Assembly (NCBI GenBank): GCA_026770705.1
Contig: JANJGN010000152.1
Location: 124,001-188,000 of the forward strand
DNA: 64,000 nt
Direction of reading: 5' to 3'
DNA from: Isurus oxyrinchus
Lineage: Eukaryota
Part shown: positions 62,412 to 64,000 of the stretch, in pieces
How the letters are laid out: the number at the start of each line of letters is the position of its first letter
How positions within the stretch are numbered: the stretch's first letter is position 1
Position numbers and translations under genes: made by a program
The notes under the pieces: generated by a model
What the model was told of the DNA's origin: nothing
The model's database searches: none
What the model saw: the letters and a program-made list of their open reading frames with translations, nothing else

Positions 62412-63633
62412 ACAAAGTGGTTCAGTGAATTATCCACTTTCTCAGACAGAAAGAAGAGGGAGATTAAACGATTTTTCTGACAGACATGACCGCCCAGCAA
62501 TGGAATGGCCATTATGACACGAATTTCTAAACAAGAATGCATAACAGAAAATGATATCAATAACACATTTCGATATTAAAAGATCTGCATTTGAAGTTTC
62601 AAGAAGAGAAAATAAAACGCCGAAACATTCTGGTGAAGATAAATCTTATATCTCTGTGGAATGACAGTGGAAGCATGAAAAATGATTTGTTTTTATACAA
62701 ACACACAGATCAGGCGATATCTGAAATGTAATTCCATTGATGCACTTAAACTGAATATCAGGCGCTGCGCAGAACGGACGGCCACTTCGGTACCGCCCGT
62801 TTTAGGCCAAAACCACAGGCAAATTACGACCACAACATCTTTACTTATAATATTATCTTTCCATCTCACAGGGGCATAGTCTAATACAGTAATAACAGAG
62901 ACTAGGTGTGGTATAATATAAGCAGAGATATGGGCTAGTGCAGTTATAACAGAAACAGGGACTAGTGTTATATTAACAGATACAGGGCGCATTGCAACTT
63001 TAACTGATTTAGGAAACTGTGTGATATAAACAGAGACATAAACTAATATGAGAGAAAGATCTATCTATCTAAAGATAGAGGCATTGAATTATAAAGAAAG
63101 CTAGTTAAAGCGAGAAAGAGACAGAATGATTGATTATGTGAGACAGAGCAAGGGAGCGAGAAAGACAGGTAGACACAGCCAGGGGTGGAAGGTGATTGGT
63201 CAGTGTCAGCTGTACATTACCCTGAACCAACAGTGATTGGTGCAGAACTGACTTCATATCAGAGAGACCAGCCAATCGTAGGGCTGAGAAACGCCCATCA
63301 GTTCCCCAAGAAGAGAAAACTGCCTTTGGCATAAGACTCCAAGCGTCAACATATTTTAAACAGCGTGCTGTTTACTATCGAATCAGGAACCACGTGTTCC
63401 TTGTGTGCTTTACTAATAATAATAGTCGTGCTGCCCGGAGATTCTGAGCTAAAATCCTCAGTGTGTGTTTCATGGGTTATGTTTACTCACAGATTTTGAC
63501 ACATTCTGTACGCAGTCACCTGTTAACTCTTTCAGGGATGAGCCAATCGGCTGCGAGGTCCAGCTGATACTCAGCAACAAAAACAATTCTGGTGAAATTC
63601 ATTGTGTTCAAATCTACCATCAGCTCCGCGAAC

Positions 63634-64000
63634 ATGCTGGGTGTTACATTTAAATCACTCCTCGCAGCTGCAGCTCTCTTAACTGGTAAGATTGACAAGT
63701 TACTCAATTTTCATCTTGATGGTGACACTGAGATAGTAATCTTCCCTTTAACTGCCTTTTATCTGTATTTGCATATATCCCTTTAACTCAGTAACAATTG
63801 GTTAAAATAAAAGTCGCATAAAAAGTTTAAGTTCTGTATTTCTAAATTTCTGCAGGTGTTCATGCTGCGGACTCTGTCTCGCAGGAGCCGGAGAGAGTGA
63901 AACAGTTTGATGGAGACTCGGTGAACATTAATTTCAGTTATGCGACCACTGCCGGTTTCTATTTCATACAACTGTACCGTCAGCACCGGGACCAGGCTCC
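63634..64000 (+). pseudogene. V segment running off the window end; Cys23>Phe, Trp41>Leu
   Basis: Leader 63634-63685 MLGVTFKSLLAAAALLT|GTAAGA; exon from 63856 ADSVSQEPERVKQFDGDSVNINFSYATTAGFYFIQLYRQHRDQAP. Confidence 0.85.

Overview
Eukaryotic, not prokaryotic: a 64-kb slice of the V-segment array of a cartilaginous-fish (shark-like, judged from the repeat content) T-cell receptor alpha/delta locus. I can read about 26 V segments or relics from several families on both strands. Each is a leader exon, a short phase-1 intron, a V exon and a 3' recombination signal sequence (RSS; heptamer, ~23-bp spacer, nonamer). Only two look fully functional (46526-47000 and 56993-57364, both minus strand). 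Two more have intact V exons and RSSs but a GT>AT leader donor; the rest are pseudogenes. No convincing D, J or C segment is present. Most notable: (1) a three-member V family whose leader and V lie in one intronless exon, each preceded by a 59-61-bp minisatellite or its remnant; (2) about 11 CTCF-consensus motifs, some ~25-30 bp 3' of RSS nonamers; (3) a V family with a conserved 24-bp RSS spacer; (4) a V gene with an internal microhomology-bounded inversion; (5) a promoter-plus-consensus-RSS mini-V reminiscent of a deleting element; (6) a Penelope-like retroelement with inverted terminal repeats, a 14-bp target-site duplication (TSD) and two hammerhead-ribozyme motifs; (7) nested segmental duplications. 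The rest is CR1/L2-type LINE, SINE and microsatellite sequence, plus one 159-N gap. Family letters A-F are my own labels. No database search was run.
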